The notes under the pieces: model-generated | The model's input: the letters and a program-made list of their open reading frames with translations, nothing else | Databases searched by the model: none | What the model was told of the DNA's origin: nothing | Position numbers and translations under genes: made by a program | Shown: positions 5,049 to 15,353 of the stretch, piece by piece | Layout of the letters: every line of letters starts with the position of its first letter | Numbering within the stretch: position 1 is the first letter of the stretch | Virus record (IMG/VR): IMGVR_UViG_3300037492_000170 | Span: 32,001 to 96,000 of that record | DNA: 64,000 bases | Reading direction: 5' to 3' (one strand) | Source: a virus | Taxonomy: Duplodnaviria; Caudoviricetes

Positions 5049-6753
5049 ATACCGCTGTTGTCGGGATAGCCGGAGGCTTAGGAGAAGGAACAGCGGGAGG
5101 CTTAGCCGGAGGGGTCGCTGGTGTTTCTGGAGGGGTATCCGTAGGAGTAGTTGGGGTATCAGGTAACTTGGCTGTATCTACCGGAGGTTTATCCTGGGGC
5201 GATCCTGATGCTGTTTCCAACTCAGGTATAACCAACCTACCTTGGTCAAGTAACTTTCCTACTATTGCATACGGATAATCAGCCCACACTGCATTAATCT
5301 TACTAATCTGTGTACCCATAAGATTGTTCAACATATCAATTCCGTTGTTAATGGAAGTGGCTCCCATCGAACCAAAAGACTTCATGGCATTGATTATATC
5401 ATTGGTGCCCACCGTCTGCGGACCCTTGCTTTTATACTCCCAGAGAAAGCATTCAAACTCCCCCCACACTACAGTACGATTTATAATCTCATCAAATGAT
5501 GTTCGTTCAGGGATAAAAATTTGCTGCTCAGCAAGCATCTGTGCTGTGAAGGCACTGGAGTAAGAATAAACTCCAATCCCCCCAAGGTATAGGGCAGGTA
5601 ATCTAAAAGCCTGACGAATTACATCGTAAGAGTTTTCCATATACCCCTTAAACATGAGGTCTTGGTTCCTGTTAGAAATCATGTTCTCAATTCTTATCTT
5701 AACATTCGAATCATTATCAAGCCCTGTTATCTCTGGCACTGCTTCCAGTAAACCTGTCCTGTTGAAATTGTCTGCACTTCTAAACGATTGAATTAAGTCC
5801 TGCAGCTCTGCTCTAGAATCATCCGTCAGCGAACCATTCTCCACTATGATTAACATAGGGGGGATGCCTTGGTTATCAAACAAGTCGAAGTTCACATACT
5901 GTGCTGTGGACCTGCCAGCAACCTCAGTCAACGCGCCTATCCAGCGCGGCACACCATAAGCCTTCCCGCCAAAGTTATTCTTAATCCAAAGCAACTCAGT
6001 AGCTAATTCTGTACTCTTACCGCCACCTTTGGTTGTAAGATACTCTCCTGTCAACGCGTCCATCGGTCTGGTATCCCCAAAGGTTTTGAACCACTTGAGT
6101 TTGTTATCAGACTGGTTGACCTGTACATACCTACGAAACTTCTTCTTTATATTAAAAGCAGTAGGATTACCGTCTCGTATGATTATAGTCTTTACATTAA
6201 CCGGATCTGTATCCAGGTAACACATCCTGGTATCTGTAACAGGATTGTAATAAGCAAAGGTAAGAAGGTTAGTCTTGGGTCGTCTAACCATTTCTATGGC
6301 TGAATAGCCTACCACCTCATAATCCTCACGCGCAAGAACGCGCACTGATTGAAATGACTGATCCTCATTAACTTGGTCAAAGAAGTTTTCAAGTAACATC
6401 TTCTGCCGCTGAGCTTCTGAAGAATCTCGCTCGGTTAAATCATTGCCTTTGAAGACAAGTTCATACCCAAACCCATCAACATTCTTCTGCATAGCTTTGA
6501 CACACGCCTGTAAGACATCTGATGATTCATATGTGCTGTATAGTGACGAAGGTATCATATCAGGCTGGATGATAGCCTCATACGCGCCGTAGTAATCAAT
6601 GAACGGGTCTTTATCTTCGCGCCCGCGCCCAAGCATATCTGGAGGTCCAGACCCACCTGTCTTTAAAGGTGTGACTTCATTAACTCGTTGTGTTCTAAAC
6701 TTAGTCACACCCAAATTTATTCTACTCCGCTCTTGTAGTTCTTCATCAGTCAT
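5047..6753 (-). CDS. phage portal protein
   Basis: YGVPRWIGAL, FDNQGIPPMLIIVENGSL and IRQAFRLPALYLG match PBSX-type portals; Pro/Thr-rich tail. Confidence 0.88.
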   Translation of the reverse strand: MTDEELQERSRINLGVTKFRTQRVNEVTPLKTGGSGPPDMLGRGREDKDPFIDYYGAYEAIIQPDMIPSSLYSTYESSDVLQACVKAMQKNVDGFGYELVFKGNDLTERDSSEAQRQKMLLENFFDQVNEDQSFQSVRVLAREDYEVVGYSAIEMVRRPKTNLLTFAYYNPVTDTRMCYLDTDPVNVKTIIIRDGNPTAFNIKKKFRRYVQVNQSDNKLKWFKTFGDTRPMDALTGEYLTTKGGGKSTELATELLWIKNNFGGKAYGVPRWIGALTEVAGRSTAQYVNFDLFDNQGIPPMLIIVENGSLTDDSRAELQDLIQSFRSADNFNRTGLLEAVPEITGLDNDSNVKIRIENMISNRNQDLMFKGYMENSYDVIRQAFRLPALYLGGIGVYSYSSAFTAQMLAEQQIFIPERTSFDEIINRTVVWGEFECFLWEYKSKGPQTVGTNDIINAMKSFGSMGATSINNGIDMLNNLMGTQISKINAVWADYPYAIVGKLLDQGRLVIPELETASGSPQDKPPVDTAKLPDTPTTPTDTPPETPATPPAKPPAVPSPKPPAIPTTAV

Positions 6754-9311
6754 GTAATATATTCCTCCAAATCTGCATAATTATATCCTACCTTCGCCTC
6801 TACTACCCAAGGCACTTTCAATTCCACCCCAAAATATTCCTTTAGGGGGAGATTTTCCATCTCATATTGTATTATTGGTGCATAAAAGTCAACCCTATCT
6901 TCTCTACATTCGAAGATTAACTCATCATGAACAAATAAAATTGCTTTTATCTCTTTAGGATTCAACAATCCCTTTCGAAGAAGTTCATTGCAAGCCAGTA
7001 GTACAGAGTCTGAGGCAGCCGCCTGTATAGAATGGTTATAAGCCTGTCGTTCACTCCTTCCCGCGGCTTCCTGGTCTAGTGAATTTATCTCAGGGAGTCT
7101 CCTACGTCTACCAAGGGGGGACGAAACGTAACCAAGTTTCCTGGCTGACTTCCGTATCTTACTATGATAGGCTGCAATCCCTGGATACGTTTTAAAGAAT
7201 AGTGCATGATAATGCTTAGCTTCATCTATAGTCAAATCAATATCGTATTGAAGTTTGGCATATTTCTGATATCCATATACCCCCATCCCATATAACAACC
7301 CAAAGACGAGAGACTTTGCGCGCTTACGCGCAAGCTTGAAATCGTCTTCAGGAACCTCGTCCCTAGTCTTACCCAAAAGAAGTTCTGCGGTCTTAGTATG
7401 CACATCCTCCTTATTCCTGTATACCTCCAACAAGGTCGGGTCCTCAGAACAGTGAGCCATCCACCTAACCTCCGCCTGAGACGCATCCAACGCTAAGAAT
7501 ACTGAACCAGGCTTGGCTATTATAAGCCTACGCATCTCCCTGCCGGTACCACTAGCAGGTATGTTCTGTAAGTTAGGCGCGTTGACACTCGTACGCCCAG
7601 TAGTAGCAGTAACTAAAGAATAGGTGGGATGAATCCTACCGTCAGACCTGACTGACTGCTCGAAGTTCTTAATATATCTAGTGACTAAAGTGTTTAATTT
7701 ACTCCACTCCTCATATACCACTATAAACTCTAAAGCCTTCTTATGAATCCTGCCTTTATCCTTCAGATAATTCCTAGCCTTAGCATCTACACTAAAGGTG
7801 CCCCCCTTCGAAGTCTTGAAAATGGGCTCCAAGTGATAACCATCCTCTGCAAACAACACATCTCTAATTAAACCCGCTCTCGTAAGCTTTATCCCTTGTG
7901 GTGTGTGTCTCTCCAATACACCGGGGGGGATGAGTGCCACAGCGAGCTTATAACATGAGACTAATTCTCTAGATATTGTATCCTTAACAATAGGAAGTTG
8001 TTCCATATCAACCAACGCGCCATTGTTAGCAAACTCAAACAGCGACGTTGATATTGTAGGCATCACAAACTTAGAGAAATAATTAGCTACGCGTTTAGTT
8101 TCAAGAAGTCTGTTGCGCGTACTTATAGCAGAGACGTAAGTGGTCGCTGCATCGGCACACGCGTAGTAGGATAGTTCGCTGCAAGGAACGGATAACATAT
8201 TGGACTTATCGAATTTGTTGTCAAACTCAGTAGAGTAAGAAGAATCTAGGGTAGTGAAGTGCTTCCTAACCTGCTCTAAAGATGCTCTGGCGTGAAGGTT
8301 CTCATCTAAAAGATGAGCCGCAGCCTGAACATCCATACCATAAGCTCTTGGTTTAATGGGGGGAAGTCCCTCACGAATACAGAGCGCGTTGATGAATAGT
8401 AAATCAAAATTTCCATTGAACATGTACTTGATAATATCTGGAGATTCTATCAAACGCACAAGGTCACTCAGCTTCTTATCGAAGTTGGTGGACTTCCTAA
8501 CCCCTATTTTCTGTTCTACCTTCTTTCTACCGACCTTGGCAGTAAAATCAACATAAAAATCCGGATTATCTTCACACATCTCATGCAGATATACCTGGTA
8601 TGCGGTCTCCTGATCAGCACACAGTGAATAAGATATAAGAAGATTGTTATTGCCTAGCCAATCAAGTCCCTGTGTCTCTGTATCTAAAGCAACTGCCCTT
8701 GGTTTCTCATCGAACAACTTATCCAAACTCTCCAGTTCTTTAAATCTGAATGTGCTCATGGGATCAATTGGCACACAACCACTATCAAGAAAGCGTTTAA
8801 TCTTAGCAAAATCTGTGATTAGTTCAGACGTAAAGCTGTGAGCGCGTAGACAATAAGCCGGGTGATAGGTAGGAAGCACCCAGCAATTAAACTCCTCAGA
8901 CCATACAAAAACACCGTGCCTCTTCTTTATGTTACGCTGCCTCATTACCTGCCATGTAGCTATATCCCCGAGTGTAACAATCAGTTTAGGTTTGATAGCT
9001 GTGGCAGCTCTAACCATAAATCTTCTACAGTGTTGGAGAAGAGTGTTCACTTCTTTTACAGTATAAGCATCCTTATCAATCCTACACACAGCAGCGTTTG
9101 ATAGAAAAAAACTATCTAGATTAAGCTCGGTAAGAAATGCTACTTTCTTAAGCAGGTCTCCAGAGGGACCAACAAAAGGTTGTCCTTCTACCAACTCCAT
9201 TCTTCCAGGTGATTCCCCAACTAGCATTACATCAGCGTTGACATTACCTCTAAACGGAACTTGTTTTAGTCTCCGATAGTTTGGGCATTCTTTGTCAAGA
9301 CACTTCTGCAT
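6750..9311 (-). CDS. polA: family A DNA polymerase with N-terminal family-4 uracil-DNA glycosylase domain (SPO1-like)
   Basis: GESPG..E...GQPFVGPSG and TYHPA (UDG); DTET exonuclease; TGRTS..PNLQN, DASQAEVR, KSLVFGLLYG and VHDE polymerase motifs. Confidence 0.95.
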   Translation of the reverse strand: MQKCLDKECPNYRRLKQVPFRGNVNADVMLVGESPGRMELVEGQPFVGPSGDLLKKVAFLTELNLDSFFLSNAAVCRIDKDAYTVKEVNTLLQHCRRFMVRAATAIKPKLIVTLGDIATWQVMRQRNIKKRHGVFVWSEEFNCWVLPTYHPAYCLRAHSFTSELITDFAKIKRFLDSGCVPIDPMSTFRFKELESLDKLFDEKPRAVALDTETQGLDWLGNNNLLISYSLCADQETAYQVYLHEMCEDNPDFYVDFTAKVGRKKVEQKIGVRKSTNFDKKLSDLVRLIESPDIIKYMFNGNFDLLFINALCIREGLPPIKPRAYGMDVQAAAHLLDENLHARASLEQVRKHFTTLDSSYSTEFDNKFDKSNMLSVPCSELSYYACADAATTYVSAISTRNRLLETKRVANYFSKFVMPTISTSLFEFANNGALVDMEQLPIVKDTISRELVSCYKLAVALIPPGVLERHTPQGIKLTRAGLIRDVLFAEDGYHLEPIFKTSKGGTFSVDAKARNYLKDKGRIHKKALEFIVVYEEWSKLNTLVTRYIKNFEQSVRSDGRIHPTYSLVTATTGRTSVNAPNLQNIPASGTGREMRRLIIAKPGSVFLALDASQAEVRWMAHCSEDPTLLEVYRNKEDVHTKTAELLLGKTRDEVPEDDFKLARKRAKSLVFGLLYGMGVYGYQKYAKLQYDIDLTIDEAKHYHALFFKTYPGIAAYHSKIRKSARKLGYVSSPLGRRRRLPEINSLDQEAAGRSERQAYNHSIQAAASDSVLLACNELLRKGLLNPKEIKAILFVHDELIFECREDRVDFYAPIIQYEMENLPLKEYFGVELKVPWVVEAKVGYNYADLEEYIT

Positions 9312-10068
9312 TTGATGGCTCCTTACTAGTATTTACTTGACCTATAATTGCTGTTAAATCTCCTATAAGTTTTGCTCTACCAGGAGCGCTGTTGCACTCA
9401 ACAGTAAAGAGTGTCTCGTTGTCAACAACCACCACACCGAACTTAGGGTCAAACTTAGCCCTGCCTGACCAAGTTGTCAGATAATCATAGTAGACACAAG
9501 ACATAGAATAAAGTTTCTTATCTAAATCCTTGAACCAAATTATACCAGGGCTGGAAAATAAGTATCGTTGGTAGAAGAAAGGCAGTACCATCTTAGGCTT
9601 TATCTTATAAACTTTGTTTGTAAGGTCTACCGCTGCCTTCAACATCTCTTGGGAGGCTGGAAAATAATGCAGATACAAATTTTTCTTTACCAGCTTTTTA
9701 GACAAGAGTGTGTCGCCACCAAACATCCCGCCCCTATCCGTCATGAACCGAATATTCTTCTCCCTCACCGTTCCTTTATACCACTTCGTTACTTTATTAT
9801 CTCTCATTAATAGAAACCACTCTGGGAGTGTATTTACACGTTTAGATAGAGGGATGCCCTTTCTCATTAAAGTTCTATGCTTACTCATCAGTTCGGTTCG
9901 GTTCTTACCTTTTTCAGTAAGTGTATAGGTCTTCCCCTTTCTAGTCATAAACCCAGATGATATAAGAAATAACAGACTATCTGCCTGACTTTTAGTAGGG
10001 GATTTGAGGGTTATAGTATTACCCTCTAGATTAGATAACAAAAAATCCCATGCAATATAGGCTATCAT
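9295..10068 (-). CDS. hypothetical basic protein, possible winged-helix N-terminus
   Basis: 257-aa ORF coupled to neighbours; LISSGFMTRKGKTYTLTEKG resembles a wing motif. Confidence 0.6.
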   Translation of the reverse strand: MIAYIAWDFLLSNLEGNTITLKSPTKSQADSLLFLISSGFMTRKGKTYTLTEKGKNRTELMSKHRTLMRKGIPLSKRVNTLPEWFLLMRDNKVTKWYKGTVREKNIRFMTDRGGMFGGDTLLSKKLVKKNLYLHYFPASQEMLKAAVDLTNKVYKIKPKMVLPFFYQRYLFSSPGIIWFKDLDKKLYSMSCVYYDYLTTWSGRAKFDPKFGVVVVDNETLFTVECNSAPGRAKLIGDLTAIIGQVNTSKEPSNAEVS

Positions 10069-10523
10069 GTGTAATGTTGCTTATGTCCAGCACCATAAGA
10101 TTCGGTGTTATAATATCTGGTAGCCTGTTCATTACAGGTACTACACATCTTATTAGTGGTAGTGTTCTCTGAGTAGAAAATTCTATCGCACCCAAGACAC
10201 CTAATCTCCCCAACGGAGATTTTCCTCATCCCGAAGAATGCACGCACTTCATCTACAGACATACCCTCAGATAGATCACTGTTTATCCTTAGTTTGTATC
10301 GCTTCCGCTGCTCGCTTATGCATGTTTTCTTACCACATGTCTTACGATGCTCACCTCTAGCTTTTATAGGAGACCCGCATATGCAGCAATACCTGAGAGG
10401 GATTGCCCCTTTCCGTTTTTCGTATCTCATTCTCTCCCCACAACGCTTCGAGCAATGTTTTTGACGTTTATCTCTGGGCTCGAAGTCGATCCCGCACCAC
10501 GGACATTTCTTATTTTCAGCCAT
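10065..10523 (-). CDS. multi-zinc-finger protein
   Basis: Repeated CxxC...CSxxC motifs. Confidence 0.65.
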   Translation of the reverse strand: MAENKKCPWCGIDFEPRDKRQKHCSKRCGERMRYEKRKGAIPLRYCCICGSPIKARGEHRKTCGKKTCISEQRKRYKLRINSDLSEGMSVDEVRAFFGMRKISVGEIRCLGCDRIFYSENTTTNKMCSTCNEQATRYYNTESYGAGHKQHYT

Positions 10524-10524
10524 T

Positions 10525-10553
10525 ATTGTACCATACTTTTTAAAAATTGTCAA
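10525..10553 (-). promoter_or_regulatory. sigma70-type promoter (leftward)
   Basis: TTGACA-17nt-TACAAT with extended TG on the - strand; the -10 box lies very close to the 10523 ATG. Confidence 0.55.
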
Positions 10554-10556
10554 CTG

Positions 10557-10585
10557 TTGATTTTTCAACAAATTTATGTTATACT
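10557..10585 (+). promoter_or_regulatory. sigma70-type promoter (rightward, divergent)
   Basis: TTGATT-17nt-TATACT with extended TG. Confidence 0.6.
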
Positions 10586-10610
10586 AATGTAAATAAATTT
10601 GGAGGAAGGC

Positions 10611-10904
10611 ATGAAAAAAGAAGACGAGAACATAGTGAAAGAGGCTGTGAAAACTTTAAATCAGGAGCTAACTAAGGCGCGTGATTACAAGTCTCCAAAG
10701 CGGAGAATCGGGCTAGTTTGGCAAGCGGATGGTAATGCGGCAGTAATAGATATAGAGGATATTGAAGTCTTCTACGGAGATATGACCTCAATGCATATAA
10801 AAGCCAAGCTCCTTCATATCATCAACGACCCGTTCCATGTGGAGATTCACCATATTATCGAGGCATTCCTCCTGAATAACCTTGATAGTGTATTAGATAA
10901 GTGA
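10611..10904 (+). CDS. hypothetical protein, isolated + strand gene
   Basis: GGAGG RBS before ATG 10611 and its own promoter. Confidence 0.7.
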   Translation: MKKEDENIVKEAVKTLNQELTKARDYKSPKRRIGLVWQADGNAAVIDIEDIEVFYGDMTSMHIKAKLLHIINDPFHVEIHHIIEAFLLNNLDSVLDK

Positions 10905-11017
10905 GAGGCGGGGGGTGCTGCAATTGGTTCGGTAGGGAGGCAATTCCTGAACCGCGCGGCACCCTCTACACTGCTAATAATTACTTTCATCTTCAGTGCT
11001 TCACCCGCCAATTCTAG

Positions 11018-12028
11018 TTAACCAGAAGTTGATAGTACATCAGTAGTCCCTGTATCATACTTCACATACAAGGTTGTAACATTGCCTACCTTCAACGCGT
11101 AGAATGCAACATTGCCAGCGGCTGGCGTATCGGGGGCAGAGACCACAGTTGCTAACGCAGCAAAGGTACCTTGTGTTCCCTGGTTACCCTGTGTACCCTG
11201 ATTTCCTTGAGTGCCTTGGTTGCCTTGTGTACCCTGATTTCCTTGAGTACCTTGGGTTCCTTCTCCAACAGTACCTTGATTACCCTGTGTGCCCTGTGTA
11301 CCCTGATTACCTTGAGGACCTGCCTCAGTACTAGCCGCACCAGTATTACCCTGATTGCCTTGAGTACCCTGATTACCCTGATTGCCTTGAGTACCAGAGT
11401 TCCCTGGATTCCCCATATTACCCTGATTTCCCTGGCTTCCCTGTGTACCTTGAGGACCAGCTACTCCACTCTGATTACCCTGAGTGCCCTGTGGACCAGT
11501 GTTACCCTGAGTTCCTTGAGGACCCTGAGATCCGGTCTCACCAGTAGTACATGCTTCCCACGCTATGCCGGTAGAAACATAAAGTAGGTCAGTAGTAGTA
11601 TCGTAGAAAAAAGCACCGGTATAATCCAGTGTTTTTAAAATATTAACTTTACAACCAGTACCACCACCACCTGTAGCTGCCACGTCATGAGCAACAGCAT
11701 AGCCAGTTCCGCCAGCAAGTATTGCTATGCCAGTTACAGCGCCAGCATCGACAGATGTCACAGTAACAGTTCCGCTAGTACCACCAGCAATTGCTAATGT
11801 ATTACCAACTACGTATGTAGTTGCCCCGCCACTATGTAGACTCACTTCAGTAATAACACCAACAGGCGGTATCGCTGATGTTGCGCCTAGCATACACTTA
11901 CCCATAATTCTTTTGTTCACGCCGTCAGAGATGAGCATGACCTGTTTATCTTCTGCATACCCATAATCAAATTTGGATATAATTCCCTTTGTTGCCTGTA
12001 CAAGTGTCGCAAATCGTTTGATTGCCAA
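11018..12028 (-). CDS. collagen-like structural/fiber protein
   Basis: Gly-rich beta domain followed by a long Gly-X-Gln run (GTQGNQ); TTG start. Confidence 0.8.
   Translation of the reverse strand: MAIKRFATLVQATKGIISKFDYGYAEDKQVMLISDGVNKRIMGKCMLGATSAIPPVGVITEVSLHSGGATTYVVGNTLAIAGGTSGTVTVTSVDAGAVTGIAILAGGTGYAVAHDVAATGGGGTGCKVNILKTLDYTGAFFYDTTTDLLYVSTGIAWEACTTGETGSQGPQGTQGNTGPQGTQGNQSGVAGPQGTQGSQGNQGNMGNPGNSGTQGNQGNQGTQGNQGNTGAASTEAGPQGNQGTQGTQGNQGTVGEGTQGTQGNQGTQGNQGTQGNQGTQGNQGTQGTFAALATVVSAPDTPAAGNVAFYALKVGNVTTLYVKYDTGTTDVLSTSG
11167..11543 (-). repeat. 9-bp/18-bp coding repeat (Gly-Thr-Gln / Gly-Asn-Gln)
   Basis: Tandem taccctgat/taccttgag-like units. Confidence 0.85.
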
Positions 12029-12128
12029 TTTAGTACCCCTTATTGTATAGCTTTACGCTACGGTTATACAGCAAATGCTGTAGTGGTGCCTCCACTTATA
12101 TTATTTAATACACCTATCATCAGGTTTG

Positions 12129-13010
12129 TCAATACGTTCCTATCCCCCCCCGATTAATCCAGAAGCTATAGTTGCTCTTGTTGAATAAATATGGATTACC
12201 ATCAATAACAAAAGTGCCACCAGCATTCCATTTCGGGAAAGTATTTATTCTAGTAGACTTATACTCTGTATGCAATGGGTCACGCATACAACCACCATCA
12301 ACAATCCAATACTTACCAGATTTATCAAACCCGGTCGCTTGATGATGTGTATGCCCACATATTATATTCTTATGATAAATAGAAGCTAACTCTCTAGCAA
12401 CAGCGAGCGGGAGTCTACTATAGTTATCCTGGTGTGCCACAAGGATTTCCGTCCCCCCCGATTCAAGAACACAATAAGAATACTCTGAGAACTCCACACC
12501 GGCTAGGCTCTTAAAGAAGTCAGCAATAGTTATCTCCCCATCAAGCTTATGAGCCAAGCGTCGCTCATGATTCCCTGTAGTGCAATGCACTTCGGAGAAC
12601 AGACTCAGAAAAATTCGTAGTATCTTTACTGCTGGTTCTAACTCTTCTTTAAATGCAAGTTTATAAACCGTTGAGCGCGCCCATTTAGAGAAACTATCGA
12701 GTGATATAAAGTCTCCATTGATGATGAGAGTTTTAATATCAAACTTTTTAGCTATAGAACATGCTTGTTCTAATATCTCTGGGTCGTGGCACGGTACTTC
12801 TACATCTCCTATTACCATTGCCCGGTCTGCCTTAACCGTCATAAATTCGTCATACTTGGGCGTGCTGGGTTTTGGAATGGTCTGCCTTAAATCCAGTTTC
12901 CACCTCCTGATACTTCTCTTTGATACATCATATTTTATTGCGAGGTCTGCATTAGACATTCTTGCTGCTTCTATTCTGAACTCTTCTTCATTCTTCATGT
13001 TTCGTCCCAT
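12129..13010 (-). CDS. calcineurin-like metallophosphoesterase with N-terminal HTH
   Basis: GDVE, NGD, GNHE and GHTH motifs; LAIKYDVSKRSIRRW helix-turn-helix. Confidence 0.85.
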   Translation of the reverse strand: MGRNMKNEEEFRIEAARMSNADLAIKYDVSKRSIRRWKLDLRQTIPKPSTPKYDEFMTVKADRAMVIGDVEVPCHDPEILEQACSIAKKFDIKTLIINGDFISLDSFSKWARSTVYKLAFKEELEPAVKILRIFLSLFSEVHCTTGNHERRLAHKLDGEITIADFFKSLAGVEFSEYSYCVLESGGTEILVAHQDNYSRLPLAVARELASIYHKNIICGHTHHQATGFDKSGKYWIVDGGCMRDPLHTEYKSTRINTFPKWNAGGTFVIDGNPYLFNKSNYSFWINRGGIGTY

Positions 13011-13102
13011 CGTTTCTCCTTAAATCCACCAAACGACTCCAGCCCACACCCAATAGAACTCATCCGGCAACAAAATTAGAGACTCGACAACTATGCTCAT
13101 TA

Positions 13103-13471
13103 TTACTGCCTCTGCAGATTTTGCATCTGCTGCTGATAGTTCTGTTGCAGTTGCTGCATCTGCTGTTGAAACTGCTGTGCTGACTGTTGTTGCATCTGTG
13201 GATTACCTTGATTCTGTATCTGGCTTATTGTACGCTGTGTTTGCAGCCTAGCCATAGATGCCTGAAAATCCGCCTGTGCTTGTATAGTCTGCACCTGCTT
13301 CTGTTGCTGTTGTTGCTGAGTTTGTGATATGGGTTGGTTAAATTGCTGATTAGGTATCATAGGCATCGGGTTAGGTCCACAACCTGGGCTCTGTGCCGAA
13401 GCTACACTTACTGCCGCCAATACCACAAACATTACAAATACAAATTCTTTTATCATAATCTTACCCCTCAA
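13103..13471 (-). CDS. Gln-rich exported protein
   Basis: Signal peptide ending ASA-Q followed by poly-Q tracts. Confidence 0.65.
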   Translation of the reverse strand: MRGKIMIKEFVFVMFVVLAAVSVASAQSPGCGPNPMPMIPNQQFNQPISQTQQQQQQKQVQTIQAQADFQASMARLQTQRTISQIQNQGNPQMQQQSAQQFQQQMQQLQQNYQQQMQNLQRQ

Positions 13472-13848
13472 GTTTTTACTTCAACACTCTTATATAATAC
13501 TAATATTGATTAGTCAAGTTTCATCACAATCAAACTCCTTGGCAGTATCACCGCTGTTTGCCTCTCCTTTTTGATACAATAGACACTTCTTTCCTTCAGA
13601 TTGAATCTCCCAAATGTCATTAATAATTTCAAGCAATTCCTCGTGAGTATGTCGTTGTTCTTTGCCACGACGTAATCTTCTATACAACTACATATCCTCA
13701 ATATCTAGAGGAGTGCCGTTATAATCGGTATACTCTTCGGCTGCTTCACGTTCGCGTATCAATTTAAGTTTAATACATTTCCGGCAATAGCAACCAGGCT
13801 CGTGTGTTATATCTCTAGTTATATCGAATAACTCTTTATTTTCTTCCA

Positions 13849-14040
13849 TCATTCCTCTACATCGCTCAAATTAATACGACTGCCACATGCACACTCAGCG
13901 TAAACTCTCAACTTATCATTCATTACAAATCCAATAGTATACCAACGCATTTTGTCTTTCTTTATGGGACAGTATTTTACATGCTTATTCTTCCAAAGCA
14001 TTACACACGTCACTTGATTGTCATCAAGTTTGAACTCCAT
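13849..14040 (-). CDS. small Cys-containing hypothetical protein
   Basis: ORF in the operon, directly downstream of the NlpC/P60 gene; ECACG motif. Confidence 0.5.
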   Translation of the reverse strand: MEFKLDDNQVTCVMLWKNKHVKYCPIKKDKMRWYTIGFVMNDKLRVYAECACGSRINLSDVEE

Positions 14041-14042
14041 TG

Positions 14043-14549
14043 CTATTTATCGCCCAGAATAAGCCTTCGAACTTTTACAAGATCAGTTAATAACTTACCC
14101 TTTAATTTATCTAACACTACTCCACGCGTTTCACTTGCATGAGTAACTTCGAGTAGACCTGATTTTGGTCCTATCATGAAAGCACCTACATGCCCATAAG
14201 TTCTAGCACTTCCACTCCAGGTCCAAAAACTTAAGTCTAAATGGTCAGCGTCATCTGACTTAATATCCTTACCTAACCATCCACCACCACCTGTAGCCAT
14301 ATCCCTCGCTGTAGTCCGCGATATAGGAATTCCTGCCCGTCTAGCCGTTAGATACATATAGCGACTGCAATCGACTCCTAATTCTATAGGGTCATCTGGT
14401 TTAATCTTATCCGACATTACGTACTTAGGGTTCTTCAGGATCATGAAGTTGAGTTCTTTCTCCCAACTTGCGGCATACATCTCAGCCAGTGACCATGAAT
14501 AACTAGGCAGCAAACATAACAATAGTATAATAGTTAGTATATTTAACAT
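14043..14549 (-). CDS. NlpC/P60 family peptidoglycan peptidase with signal sequence (candidate endolysin)
   Basis: GVDCS catalytic Cys, GHVG and THAS motifs; hydrophobic N-terminus. Confidence 0.8.
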   Translation of the reverse strand: MLNILTIILLLCLLPSYSWSLAEMYAASWEKELNFMILKNPKYVMSDKIKPDDPIELGVDCSRYMYLTARRAGIPISRTTARDMATGGGGWLGKDIKSDDADHLDLSFWTWSGSARTYGHVGAFMIGPKSGLLEVTHASETRGVVLDKLKGKLLTDLVKVRRLILGDK

Positions 14550-15166
14550 CCTTGCTTCCGAACAGGCGCTGTTAGTGAACGCTCAATCGACCACTTATTC
14601 AATCTCGCTCGTAGAGTAGTAGGCGCTATACCCAAATAATCCGCCCACTGAGTTAGTGTTTTGGTCTCTCCTTTGTGCTCTATCCATCTATTAGTTCTTC
14701 TATTACTAGCCTGTTCCTTTCTAGTCGCTAATCTCCAATTACCGGGTTCATAATCCCCATCATTATCAATCCTATCAAAGGTCATACCTTCTGGTATATC
14801 ACCAACATCCTTATAGAAATTTTCAAACTTACGCCACGGGAGGTAAATCTTAATACCACGACCTCCATAATCTTTATATTGTTTGAACTTGGGGTTATCA
14901 CACCTTCTTATTATATCTTCCCAGACCTGGTATGTTCTACTTTCAAGTCCTCTTCTAGCCTGACCATGTATAGTGTGTATATCTGTTTTTAGACAACCAC
15001 AAGACCTTGTGTGCCCCTTCCTAAGACATGATGCTGTAACTTTAACTGTGTTACCACAATCGCAAAGGCACTCCCATAATGATTGCTGTTTTTTATTACC
15101 TGCATCTGTAATCACTTTTAACCTACCAAACCTTTGTCCTACTAAATTTAGCCTATTCCAAATCAT
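14543..15166 (-). CDS. HNH homing endonuclease 1
   Basis: LVGQRFGRL, CxCDCG, YGGRGI and FDRIDNDGDYEPGNWRLAT motifs. Confidence 0.9.
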   Translation of the reverse strand: MIWNRLNLVGQRFGRLKVITDAGNKKQQSLWECLCDCGNTVKVTASCLRKGHTRSCGCLKTDIHTIHGQARRGLESRTYQVWEDIIRRCDNPKFKQYKDYGGRGIKIYLPWRKFENFYKDVGDIPEGMTFDRIDNDGDYEPGNWRLATRKEQASNRRTNRWIEHKGETKTLTQWADYLGIAPTTLRARLNKWSIERSLTAPVRKQGC

Positions 15167-15256
15167 CTTGCACCTCCTATTAGTGCGTCCTAGACTGTTT
15201 CTTAGAGGCAGGTCAGCTAGGATACTGACTTTTCGGGTACGTTGCCCTAGCCTCTA
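15167..15256 (-). ncRNA. HNH-associated pseudoknotted leader RNA, copy A
   Basis: TAGAGGC/GCCTCTA P1, TA-GGG..CCC-GAA, GTCAG/CTGAC P3; loop TCCTAG pairs with downstream CTAGGA. Confidence 0.75.
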
Positions 15257-15353
15257 TTGTTATTATACTCACATTTTGGCAGGGATGAGCCATAAGAAGA
15301 TGATGACGATAATTAGAAAAGCCAAAGCACCCAGATATAACGCGAACTCGCGG

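Noticed and set aside
4985-5278. Gly-rich + strand ORF and similar antisense ORFs (e.g. 11171-11587, 21433-21990, 37735-38004)
   Set aside because: They are shadows of low-complexity or ordinary genes on the opposite strand, with no RBS support.
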